A stretch of 64,000 nt of DNA. Source: Auanema rhodensis (Eukaryota > Animalia > Nematoda). Below are positions 14,684 to 27,093 of this stretch, piece by piece. Numbering within the stretch: position 1 is the first letter of the stretch; every line of letters starts with the position of its first letter. The notes under the pieces are model-generated. The model had not been told where the DNA came from. It did no database searches and saw nothing but the letters and a program-made list of their open reading frames with translations. Location of the stretch: positions 16,306,001 through 16,370,000 of the forward strand of contig OZ059894.1 of NCBI GenBank assembly GCA_964057225.1, in the 5' to 3' direction. The position numbers were made by a program, and so were the translations under genes.

Positions 14684-16973
14684 ACAGCTGAAATACAATA
14701 GAATCAGAAGGAGGAAAGTGAACGAGAAAACGAAATTATTGAAACCAGATGTAGTAACGAAATAGCAAAAAAAAAGAAAAGAAAAAGATGACAACGACAA
14801 CGAGACGGTAATTTGAAGTAATAAATTGACAAATAGATGAGAAGAAAATCAAATAATTGCACTTAGCCAAGCAGGATATGATGGAGTAGCTTTTGGTATT
14901 GTCAAAGCGGAATATTGAATGAGGAAATGATAAAATGAAAAACATGGTGATGTTGCCAAATTATTTGCTCAATCTCATATTTTCGATTTTACATTGATTA
15001 TATGATTATGGGTAATAGGAAATGATTCAGATTATTAGGCAGAAGTCTCGTGTAGATCCAAACAGCCAAGAGGAGGCTGTGATCAAGAAGAGATAAATGT
15101 GTAAAATGTGTGTAAATGTGCTATTCTGATGGCCATTTGCTCGGCCGGCGAACATATGTCGTTGGACGGACTCTGAGGTTATAGAGAAGAGGAGATGGAA
15201 GATAAAGACGAAACGCAATGTACAAAGGGTGAAAAGAGAAAAACTTATACACAGAAAGGTGTAGAGTGAGCTGGAGATAAAGAGGCTAAGACAGAACGTA
15301 GGAAAGGCTAGAAGGATGGATCAAATGAAAGAAACAGATTCAACGAAAGCTCATCAATGGTGATGAACTAACTCATGGCAGGTGAATTTAGAGATCATCA
15401 AACAGCTAGCGAGATATGAAGAGAATTAAAGAAAGAGATAATGATCAGAGTATGATATAGCTAAACGTTGCTTTAGGCAGACGAATTGAGGAAATGTGAG
15501 AGAGACTAAGTGTTTAACACCTCTATTCCAACTTCGGCTTACAGTCTGAAAGCTTTTCAGAAGATCTGAGGAAAAAGATGGTACAGATTGAGAGGGATGG
15601 TACTAAGTTCAACATCAGATATATCAAAGTTGTACGGGAGAACAGTCATAGTATACGGAGGCCTCTAAAGTCAATGCAGTATTGGATGGACAGGGGTCCC
15701 CACAGACAGCTGGATGGATGATATGACCTGACGACAAGCCAACCATCCAACGTAAGATAAGATGAAAGTTGCAAAGCTATGGACAATTACTAATAAGACA
15801 CCATTGATGAGGAATATATATGTATAGATTGCAGAAAATCCTAGAGTTCTTGGTACTAAAGAGGGAATGAGAAAGGAGTACAGGCGACTTTGATTACATA
15901 AGTACCATCGCATATGCATCTACTTATTCATCTGTTAGAGGTATAATTGTAATTTTGAGTTGAGATTGAATGCACTAAAAGCCGAACCACCAAAGAGATC
16001 CGTCGAGTCTCTAACGGACCCTTATTACCTCTCAAACTCTTTGCCTTGCTCTCTCTTCATCACTCAATCTCACTTAGGGTGATAGTTTTGTGAGAGGCCA
16101 TAGAGGGGTAGAATGAAACAAACAGTTACGAGAAGCACACATTGATCGATCGATTTGAGCAAAGTTTGATAGAAAATAGCAAAGAAATATATAATTAATA
16201 AAAATATTTCTAATATTTTCTTTTAAATCAACTTAATTCGACGTTAAAAGGAGAATACGTTCGAGCATTGCTATAGAGCATTTTAGCGAACTACAACGAT
16301 GACGACGATTGGCTGAGCTGATCATAGACGTCTGTTGGCCACATGGCCACTGAATAAATGCCAAAGGCTAGCCGATAAGACTTAAGTTTCTGATTTAGGA
16401 TGGTGCTTTTGTGTCATTTTCTAATTAAAGGTCAGAACACAGTAAAAACCGAGCAGATAGTCCATATCAAGGATTATGCATTATAGGTTATAGCCAATGA
16501 ATAAGATATATAATCGTTAATGTATTGATTAAAATAGTTATTGAATCAATCAAATAATTAAAGACAAATTATATAAAAAGAATTATCGATTGAATGGTAA
16601 AAAGGTTTAAGAAATATGTAAAAATGAGTGCAAACTTGAATCGAATTGCCATAACTTTCTGGGAGTTTTGGGATACTGCTTGTGTGAGAAGAAAAAAGTT
16701 ATTGGCACGTAATCCAAATAAAAAAAAATTAATCGTCTATTTTATATTTAATATATATAAATATAAATATATATACATATATATGTATATATGTGTATGT
16801 GCTTGTGTGTATGAAGGAGTAAATGAGAAGGTTGGGCTCGGTGATCGAGTTAATCTTCGCGTCGACTTCGCCGGCAACCGAAGACAAACAAACGAAACTA
16901 CGGTCGGGGACCGAAGCTCTCAAGAAAGGAGCAGAAGGAAGCATATGCCGAGACGGAAGAGAGTGTTACTCAC

Positions 16974-17180
16974 GGTGAAACAATGACAATTATAACATCC
17001 GCGTCGACAACGACAACGACGACGGCGACGACGTCGTCTACGCAAGCTGGTATACCAGACATCCGCGCGCGGAGAAGGATTCACGCATGTGACACTGGCA
17101 ACTGAGGCTATTCGCTTGATGAACAGACAACGGCTACGTAATGCAGCAGTTTCGAGATACGTGGGAGGGATGGAGAACAT
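16974..17180 (-). CDS. Candidate alternative first exon of the zinc-finger gene, Arg/Cys-rich
   Basis: ttttcttcag acceptor 12 nt before the ATG at 17180, 69 open codons, then a strong phase-0 donor acc|gtgagt compatible with the exon starting at 10783. Confidence 0.4.
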
Positions 17181-20100
17181 TTAACGATAATTCTGAAGAA
17201 AAACTAAGTGAATAAGAACAGAACAGAAGGGCAAATGGGTTGGTAAAAGGATACATCTGTACCGAAAAACAGTAAATGAATACGATAAGCATTGAAAGAA
17301 TAGATTCAAGAGTAGACAGGGAATTGAAGTGAAGGTAGTGCTTGCCAATCGACATACATACGATCACGCAGCGTGAGTGAGAGAGTAATAGAGAGCAGAG
17401 GAATAGAGAGTAGAGAGGTGCAGGAGAAAGTAAGTAAAAGAAAAGAGAACAGTAATACAGAGAAACAGAAGAGATAGAAAGAGAAAACGAGACAGAGGCT
17501 GTATACGTTAACCTCTTTGAGTAACACCCTCTTCAGCTGCACTACATTCCTAACAGAACTTTTAGTTAGTGGAACACAACATTGTCCCGACCATATAGGG
17601 CACTGTTTGCCAGAAATATTTGGATTTATCTTTCTTTCTTTATTTCTCAGACTTTCTAATGCTCTATACATGCCGTGTATCTAATGCTCAAAGAATTAGA
17701 AAATAAATAAGAATAGTATTCGAAATAGGAGATAATAGACAGTAAAATAATCTGAGAATATCGTTGAGATGCTAAAAGAATGGCCAACGTGTATGTAGAA
17801 AAAGTAACCGAGTTATGTCAATTTTCTCGGAAAATTTAGCTAATACTGACAATGAAACTTTAAAAAGCTAGTTGAAGTATTATGACTTGCTTAAATTTAT
17901 TTGACAAACACATTCAGAGAGCTCAAACTAATATTCGAAGATAACGTGGAATTGCACATACGGTATGTAGGCCAAATGTGGAGCGAGGACGTGGAGAAGA
18001 TTGTTGTTAACTAGCTCCGAATATTCTGAATCGAATCAACGGGATGTGAACAAGAAGAGGTGAAAACACAAAATATGCATTGAGATAGTATAGAAAAAAT
18101 TGTTTCATTTGTTTCATCATCAACCGTCTTTTGTCGTCAATCGACGTCAGATAATCAGCTCTAAGCCTTCAGAAGGTGTTGTACATTTTGTAATAAAATT
18201 TGTAATGTCAACAAGCAACACACACGAGGTCTTATGTCTTCTTACAGCCTCTTTGTTTCTCTGTTTCTCTAACATTTTGCTATCTGACTGTGTTGACTTC
18301 TGGTAGAATTTGACGACTGTTGCTGAGACTGCTCAATTCTAACGGCTGCTCAGCCACACACACACACACACACACACACTCTTCCTTTCTTCCTGCGTTA
18401 ACCACGTTCTGATTCCATATACTATTCAAATGTTTCAAATTAAATTCTGAAGTAAAGTAATTGATAAGTTGGATGAGAATCAAGTGTTGAAATACATTCC
18501 AACCTTTTCTTCTTTCAGTGTCTGTCTCAGAAATTGAGATTCAATTCTGACTTTTGCTCTTTTATGTGTCTACAGACGGCTTTTCCGTTTAACCAGATGT
18601 GATTTTCCGGTTATACTAAACGCTGAGCACACAGACAGCACATAGGAACTAGAAGTTAAAAGTATTTCAATTGAAGATAACAGAGAAAAATGAAGAACCA
18701 TCTGAAGGTGAATTAATGAACGATAGACTAACGTGAAAAGAATAAAATAAATGGATTGTAATACTACAAGGGTAAAAGGATATTGACATAACATCATCGA
18801 TATATGATATAGAAAAGAGCCAAATATGACAAACATAATGTTTCAAGTGATTTAATTGAAAAAGAAAACGTATATGAAATTTCAAACATAAAATAATTAT
18901 ATTTCAATAGAAAATATTCTAATTATACTATACATACGTATAGATAGACAAAAAAAAAGATTGATATATATACAGAGACAGAAATAGAGAGAGAGAGAGA
19001 AAGAGACAGAGAGAGAGTAATATTACCATATATATTGTAATAACTGTATTGTAGATTGTAAAAAAAGGTTGGAATCTGTGGGACGGAGGACGTACGGACA
19101 ACATCAAGCGACAGGCAAACGATGGATGGAAGAGATTATATCGGACGTATACACGTTACCATCAACGTCCTCCTCTCCTCTTCCTCGTCCCTTCGGTCTC
19201 TATAGTCTCTCAATCTCTGTCCATCCATACGTATAATACTCTTGTCATTCAAGTATTTGATATAAATCAACTGTATAGTTGATATAGTTATATATAGTAC
19301 AATTGAAATAATAATGAAGTTATTAGTATAATTACTCCATTTTCAATTAAATGATTCATTATAAATTGTACAATATAATATAGACAAAGCGTAATGAATC
19401 GTTCATGTACTTTCAAACATCAAAATAACATTGTATTTCAAATGCTTATTAGAATAAACAGCTAAAATACGAAATTCACGTGAATCACGTAAGGATATTT
19501 TCATTTCTCTTTCTGTTGCCGCAAGCTTCGGTTGGTTCTTTAAGTTCCTTTCTATCTTGTCTACTCACTCATTTCTGTTCTCTTTTATCCTTTTTCTAAC
19601 TTCAATATCGTTATTCTAAATCTCTAAATCTCTTTATTTTTTTTTCTCTCTCTCTATTAATCTTTTCCTCTTTCTCTCTCTATTTCTCCCACTTTCTTTA
19701 TTCGTTTATTATCGTTTTGGCGCATTTCGGTAAACTTCCGGCAACGGAAGGGCATGAATATATTGCATGCATTGGATCACTTGAACTAGTGACCACAATT
19801 CCGTCAAACGTGACAGTTATGTTGTCGAAGCAAAAAAAAAAAGAAATTAGTTGATGACCCTTCACGCCTTTCTCAACACAGTAGCTCTCTCACTCTTTCT
19901 CTCTCTCTCTTTCTCTTTCTCTCCTCCTCTCTCTCTTTTTTTCTCTCTCTCTCTATTTCTCACTCTCTCTCTCTCCTAATCTAATGATATGATTAAAAAA
20001 ACAATTTTTCTCTTTTTATTTAAAAAAAATAATAAGTTCAAAGGGCACCGAAACAAATAATTGGACTGTTTATAAGTGTTTCAAATCGAATTGAAAAGAT

Positions 20101-21923
20101 ATGGACAGGATAGGTAGGATAGGTAGGATAACAGGAAATTTCAATGAATAAAACAAGAAATAGATGAGCAGGATGAATGAATTTTTCATACCAAATGACT
20201 GAAAGAACGATCTAGGATGAAAATCAATAAGCTTTTCCTTATTTGGAAAAAATTCTGAAACTGTGACTAGTGCTTAGTGCAAGTCGCACATTAGGATTCA
20301 CGTCTGAAAATTTCAGATGAAGAATATCTCGTAAGTGTACGATAAGTCCTATCAGTCTAATGAATTCAAGCATTCTACTGGAGATTACGGTCCAATTAAG
20401 AAAAGGTTGACTAGAGATAGCTAGATGTCTACTGACTGGATGCCTCTGCTAAGCAGCATGATCCAACGATGGCCATCAAATGACCCGTTTGGCCAAGTTT
20501 TGTGTTCAGTATTTCTACGCTCACCAAATGAACTATTGAATCGACGGAGAGGGGTTAAAGTGATTTGTGAGATTATCACATCGTTATCGTTCTGATGATA
20601 GTTAGAGTAAAGAAGCAAAGTTGTGGTTTCGTTGTTCTGCAAAATTACCTTTTCTAGGCACAGTGACGTTACTTTGACAAATGGTGCGCAAAACAAAGAA
20701 ATTAGAGCAACAGCTTCTTATCACCACAGCTCCGTATAGTTTACAACTTAGAAGAAAATGAATATGACTACAGACTGTTAGAAGTAGGTCGATTTAGGAC
20801 ACGAGAGCTCTCAATAGACAAAGAATAGGATCATCGTGTTGGTGTTGGATGATGTGGTAAGGGGGGCTGGGAGTTAGATATAGGCAACAGGGTTCGACCA
20901 CTCTTGGACCGTTTATTTGCGTTCAGTTGATCGATATTTCAGCCCCAGATTACTGCAGCTGTCGAAAAGCTCGAATGAAAGTGTGCTCTTAGTCCAACTG
21001 GATTAGATTAAACGGCTATGTCTCTTAATGGTACTCATCTATGTCTAAGCTTATCAAAATTTAAAAAGTTGATGAGAGATGATTGAAAGAATTCATAAAT
21101 TGATCATAATTAGTAAATTTCAGTAGTAGATATTGAAGATGTTATTGGAAATGTGTGGGTGACTGAAACTTCTATTTAGACATTGGAGACAACGACGACG
21201 GCAAGACAGCTTCCATCCGTCGTCTGTCTGTCAGTGGAGACATTAAAAGAGAGTGGGAGGATAAACCTTGACTCATATACGGAACCAGCTTCTTCTGTAT
21301 TAAATGTTTCAAAAACTTTCCACGAGACTTCATGAGAGGGAGAAATGAAAGGAGAGACGCGACTAATGTCTAGTCAACTCGCAGATTACAAAACGATTGC
21401 ACGACAAACATGAAACATAGTTATTTTAATATAGTATAATCTGGTTTAAAATATAATTAATTTTTGGTCACTATTTATATGAAAAACATATATTATTCCT
21501 AATATATTTCATTTTAATATCATTTTAAACTTTCTTAACTATAAAATGAAGACAGACACTGAAGAGGAATGTTACAATAAGTAACTAATGAAGGGTAGAG
21601 CAATGGTGTGTGTGTCTGTGTGTGGTGAAATGGAGGATGTCAATTCATTGTTAGTTAAACTGAACGATATCAAAGCCAATATCACTAAATCTTGAACAAC
21701 AATGATTACATACTGCAAAATTAATGAAGATTTTCGTTCGTTTTAATATAAATTTTTACATTCAATTCAATTTTTCTTTCAAATCTCAATGATCCGAAAT
21801 TACAAAAGTTCATTAAACCGAACAGTTACACATTATTGACGTTCTATACGTATCTGTCTCGACGTATGCTTAGAACGCTAACATACTGAACTAGCCAGCA
21901 TCATAGCTTACCCTAACACTCAG

Positions 21924-21940
21924 CCCCCCCCCCCCCCCCC
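21924..21940. repeat. Poly-C tract
   Basis: About 17 consecutive C. Confidence 0.95.
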
Positions 21941-22293
21941 GCTTTGGTTCCTATGGTCTTTCTACTAACATACACACTACATCCCAACCTACTATCGACC
22001 CTTTGCGAGGTCACTCACACTAACATCAACCGACCCAAATGTGTCTTATATTACTATAACCATAACCTATTCTTTTTTTTAATTTATACGTTATAGCTTA
22101 AAGAATAATAGTTATATTACTAATAACATAAAAAGGCTAAATTTTGAATTAGAAGAAATAACTTTAGCATATGAATACCGCGATTTTACAAGAACTATGA
22201 ATTATAAAAATTACAAGAGAATAGAAAGAAGAGAGAAATAAGAATATCGCAACCATTCAATTACTTTCATTACCGGAAAATATGAATAGCAAA

Positions 22294-22334
22294 TGACGTG
22301 TGATTCACGTGAATTTTACGTGAACTCTACGTGT
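22294..22334. repeat. 11-bp-period ACGTG array (4 copies)
   Basis: ACGTG starts at 22296, 22307, 22318 and 22329. Confidence 0.85.
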
Positions 22335-23881
22335 CGAACATTGATTATCTTTTTAGTATATTTAACCAAAAAACACACACACACACAGATCTAACATGAA
22401 GGTATCTGGATATTTGGATAAAAATCAATTTTTTTTGCTGCTGCATATAATGGATCACAGACCGTTCCTCAATGGCGGGGTCGGAATTGTAAGCAAAAGG
22501 TCGCCTGTGCCCAAGAGACCCAGTATTCGTAACAGCTGAACATACTATATCAGCTAAACGGTGAGTGTGCTGCTGTTGGTGCCGCAGAGGTGGTAGGTGG
22601 TGAAAGGAAAATGGAAAAGGGAGCAAAAACGAAGGAGGAAGAGGTATAGGCTCAATCTACGTCAGGCTACGACAATCGGCAATTGCTCAACAAAGACGTT
22701 CCGTTTTAATATCATTTGGACAGTCTGTTTGGGAAAAAGCGTAGTGAGTTTGTGGATGAAAAGTGAAAAGTGAAAAGTTGAATATTTTGAATGAAATGGG
22801 TTAATATATAAAAAAGTTAAATATATATATATATATATAATATTAAATATGAATATATAGAAATTTTATGGAAAAATAGAACATGTGCCTGATAGCGGTT
22901 TTGTATGAGATGGAAAACATGGACAGTATTAACATTATGATGAAGATAACCAACAGCGATCAGATGGTGTTGTTGATGAGGACGATGTGAACGTCTCTTC
23001 TGAATATCCGATTGTGTTCAACAAGCGGATGTCCGCTAATTGCTGAACGATTTCGGCTACTGACAAAGACAGAATAATAAATCGATTGATCATCCTGTAT
23101 ATGTAGATATATATTATATTATATGTTTATAGTATATAGTATAAGATACACATATACATATATCGTATATTCTTCACAGACGGATTCAATCTTAAAGCTA
23201 CAGACGGCAGGATAATACAATGTCGGTACCTAAGGGAGTTGTTACGCTTCTGAAACATTGTGTATTCGGTAGAGAGTGTAAGAGAAAAATTACACAAAGT
23301 ACTTCGTTAGTATGAGAGTATAAGTCAGATTAAGAGACTTAGACTGTTACTCATTTTTGACGACCCATACGGGTTAAGCGTTCCGGCACATAGAGCTAGG
23401 TTAGACCGGATTACTGGAATAACATGCAGAGAATGGATGTGCAAAGATTAAATGAAACGCTTGGATAACTCAAGCATTGCAAATGCTTAATATACTGTGA
23501 GTTATATTTCTGGATAACAGTTTTACTAGAATTCGGATTGTTGAGCAAAACGAAATTTAAATGATGAGCTTAGCATACATCCTATAAAGCGTTCATTCCT
23601 TGTCCTCACTCATCAACCACACCCACCAAGCTTTTCCTTCTTCCTCTCTTCCCTCTCGTTTACTCTGTCTGTCCGTTCCGACAAAATCTAAATCGATGAC
23701 CAGCCCAACTCGAAACTGACGAAGAGTGCCGAAATTGGCCTCGGACATAGCTAATTGAATCAGATCGGAACCTTATCCCCTTGTGTGGTATAACCAATTA
23801 CGGTTGTTGCAAAGTGCACAAGCGGGCTAACTGATGAACAAATTTATTCAAAAGCTTTACCCTTTTATTCCCTCTTCATCT

Positions 23882-23901
23882 CCCCCCCCCCCCCCCCCCC
23901 C
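23882..23901. repeat. Poly-C tract
   Basis: About 20 consecutive C. Confidence 0.95.
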
Positions 23902-24607
23902 TCCATTTCTGTTCAATATTTTGGTCGAATTCATAGAAAACACGGAAAAAGTGCATAGTTAAATAAAGGAGGAAAAAGTTATAACAGCTGAAAATTTTGG
24001 GAAAATTAAATGTTTCATTTGGCTAAGCTGCGTGCCTTGAAAACTGACTGAATCATGCAAATTTTTATTCTCTTAGTCTCTCTCTCTCTCATGTAAATAT
24101 TCCCTCTTAATTTTTCTTCGACTTTTTCTAATTCACTTCATGTCTGCTACTCATTCTCTCATTTTATTTTAACAAGCTGGCCATATTTGAGAGTTATCGT
24201 CTAAATACTAAAGGCTATTTCAATGAATGAAAACTGGCGACGAGAAGAGCAGTTAACAGGAGAGAACAAGCATTGAACAGAGTGATGCTACTGCTACACA
24301 ACTACAACTACGATAGGCTAACGATTAGTTTTGTCAGATGTAAAATACATCAATTGATTTATAAAAGGACAGAAGCACAACAAGGCTCTTGGCTATGACC
24401 AAATTAGGTTTCAATCTATTGCCAATGAGTCCTGTCTAGCTTCTGGTTTTGCTGAATGTAAGCTGTGAATTAGATATAAGCTTTGAAACCAATCGATTAA
24501 TGAACAAGGAAAACGACAGTTAATGCATATGAAGTCATGAAACACAGACAGTAGATTCGTTTTCCACAAATTCATAGTTAAATATAAAGACAGATACAAC
24601 AAGCAAG

Positions 24608-24624
24608 AGAGAAAGAGAGAGAGA

Positions 24625-24686
<62 letters not shown>

Positions 24687-24687
24687 G
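24608..24687. repeat. (GA)n microsatellite
   Basis: Long, near-perfect GA dinucleotide run. Confidence 0.95.
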
Positions 24688-24962
24688 ACAGTTTGAGAAA
24701 TAAAAAAAGAATAAGCTAAAAAACGTCAGTAATTAGTATGATAGTTCTGCATAGTATATAAAGATATATGTATGTACATTGTGAGTAAAGCAAATCACTT
24801 GAATTGATAGATTCCTAATGAGGAAATGCGAAAGGTCAAGGAAGGGGTCAGGCCACATACAACTGGGTTTGGGGCTGATGATGCCTAGGTTATACGTATG
24901 TATGTCTGCGTGTGTGCGTTGTGTATGTGTTGTATGTTTGATGTGCTCAATCAAGGCCTAAA

Positions 24963-24979
24963 CCCCCCCCCCCCCCCCC
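24963..24979. repeat. Poly-C tract
   Basis: About 17 consecutive C. Confidence 0.95.
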
Positions 24980-27042
24980 TCTCCTGTCCACACCATCTCA
25001 TCAAGCTACACCAATATCATCAATCTATTCATTCATTCACTATACATAGTATGTAAAATGACAGTTATGAACTTCAGTACAGGTGAGAGCTGAGAGCATC
25101 AAGAGGTATTTCATTTCATTGGACATGAAGTGAACAAAGGGCAAAGAGAGTATTTCAATGAAAAATCGTCTTTTCTGAGAAATAACATGAGCAATTTCAA
25201 TAAATACTTAGCAAGGTTTAAAAGCAAAGAAACAAATTGAATGATTATTCGAATGAAACAAATTTTCAAATTGAAATGATTACTGTATAGCCTGCCGATA
25301 ACTCTCGGAGCGTCCAGTAATTAGAATGAAAATTTGAAATTAAATGTTCAAATTAATTCGAAAATAAATGTGAACAAAGTATAGAGAAGCTATACGTCGA
25401 GGAGGTAAATGAGGTTGTAGAGATAATAATACCGGAGTTTGGGATGGATAAAGAGTTCGGAGAGAAGGTCGTTCGGGTTGAGTTGCACACATACAGCAGG
25501 TTGAGTTCACTGATGAGATATTAGAGAGATCAAAGAAAAAAACAAAATGAGATATAAAAAATAACTCTAATAAGATAGAGAGAGATAACAGAGAAGTAGA
25601 GACAGAGATAGAGAGAGAAAAGAGGGGAGGTTTGGAGGGTTATGTCTTACTTCCACACTATGACCCCTGCACAGACGACAACCATTTATTGTAGAAATAG
25701 CATGGTTAAGCTAGAGAGAATGACTGGGGCCATAGTCATATTACACACAACACGCAGATTCTGCATCTCTGACCTCTTCTAACCCTTTCTACAGCATCCC
25801 CCCTCCTTTTTTCACTTTACACAACATCCAACCACCACATACAGCCCTACCACAACGATAGACCAAAATGAACGGAAGCAATGAATTGAAGTTGATGATG
25901 TCGATGATAAAGGTGATTGAAATGTAAAGAAATGAGAGGCATATCGAACCTTTTACCCAATCAACAGAAACAAGAACATTCTTTGATTTCAATTGATACT
26001 GTCTGGTAGACCAGGTAGTTGCAGCATCAGTTACCCTCTTTCTCTGTTCTAATGAAGTTTCATTTCTCTATCACTGTATCTTTCTTTTTCTCTTCATTTC
26101 ACTCTCTCTCCTTCTTACTCTCTTTCTACCTCTCTTCTTGATTCGACGTGATAGCTACTGCTCCTTTTCTCTGTTCCATGCAGATTCAACTTGATGATTG
26201 CCCTTGTGAATGCCACACGTAATCTGGTAGACAGCATTCCGAGAGAAACATGAGAAACACACAAATAAAGAAATAAAGAGGGAGAGAGAAAGAGAGAAAG
26301 GCTCAGATCAACAGTTACTACAAGAGAATTACAGACGGAAATTTGTGTATAGTACAAGAGCCGGTAATATAGGAAAGATCAGACGTCTGACAAGCTGCTG
26401 ACAAGATGATTCAGATATTTCGACCTATTCATAAGCTAATTGTATCAACATTATTCTAACCGCATCCATGCTAAACTAGATACAAATATATAAAAAAACG
26501 TTTGATTCAAGGGTATATAAGATCTTCTATTGACTATTCAAGTTCGTAAGTTCAAATTCATAGAAAGGTTATATAAAGAAGGATTATAATATTCAGAATA
26601 AATTATATATAGTTAGTTTATTATAATTATCTAAATAAACATAATTTAAAAGTAAAAAAAAAAGTATATTTCTCTTATAATTATAGTTTTAATTAAAAAA
26701 TAAAAGAAATATGAATAGTCAATAGATAAAAGCATTACTATCTTTTACCAAATCACTTGAAATTTATCTTCTAAACTTCAAACTATCTCGAATTAATGTT
26801 GTAAAGAAGAGCTTACAAAACATGGTGATATAGCACTGACTATGGTAGACGAGGAAAGGTAGAGAAACAGAGAAACACGTCCCACACAGCTCAGCTAATC
26901 CTAGGGGAAAGAGTTATGGGTCTGTGTAGAGCTACTGCGGTGCAATTGCCATTCGACCGGCTGGCAATTTTTTGTATTTGGACCCTTCTGGCTGTGGGTT
27001 CCAACGGGAAAATAGACAGAAGGTTAGATATAAGACAGATGG

Positions 27043-27093
27043 TGCGTGTGTGTGTGTGTGTGTGTGGTGAGTGTGTGTGTGCGAGTGTGTGTG
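27043..27093. repeat. (GT)n microsatellite
   Basis: Directly visible, interrupted. Confidence 0.85.
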
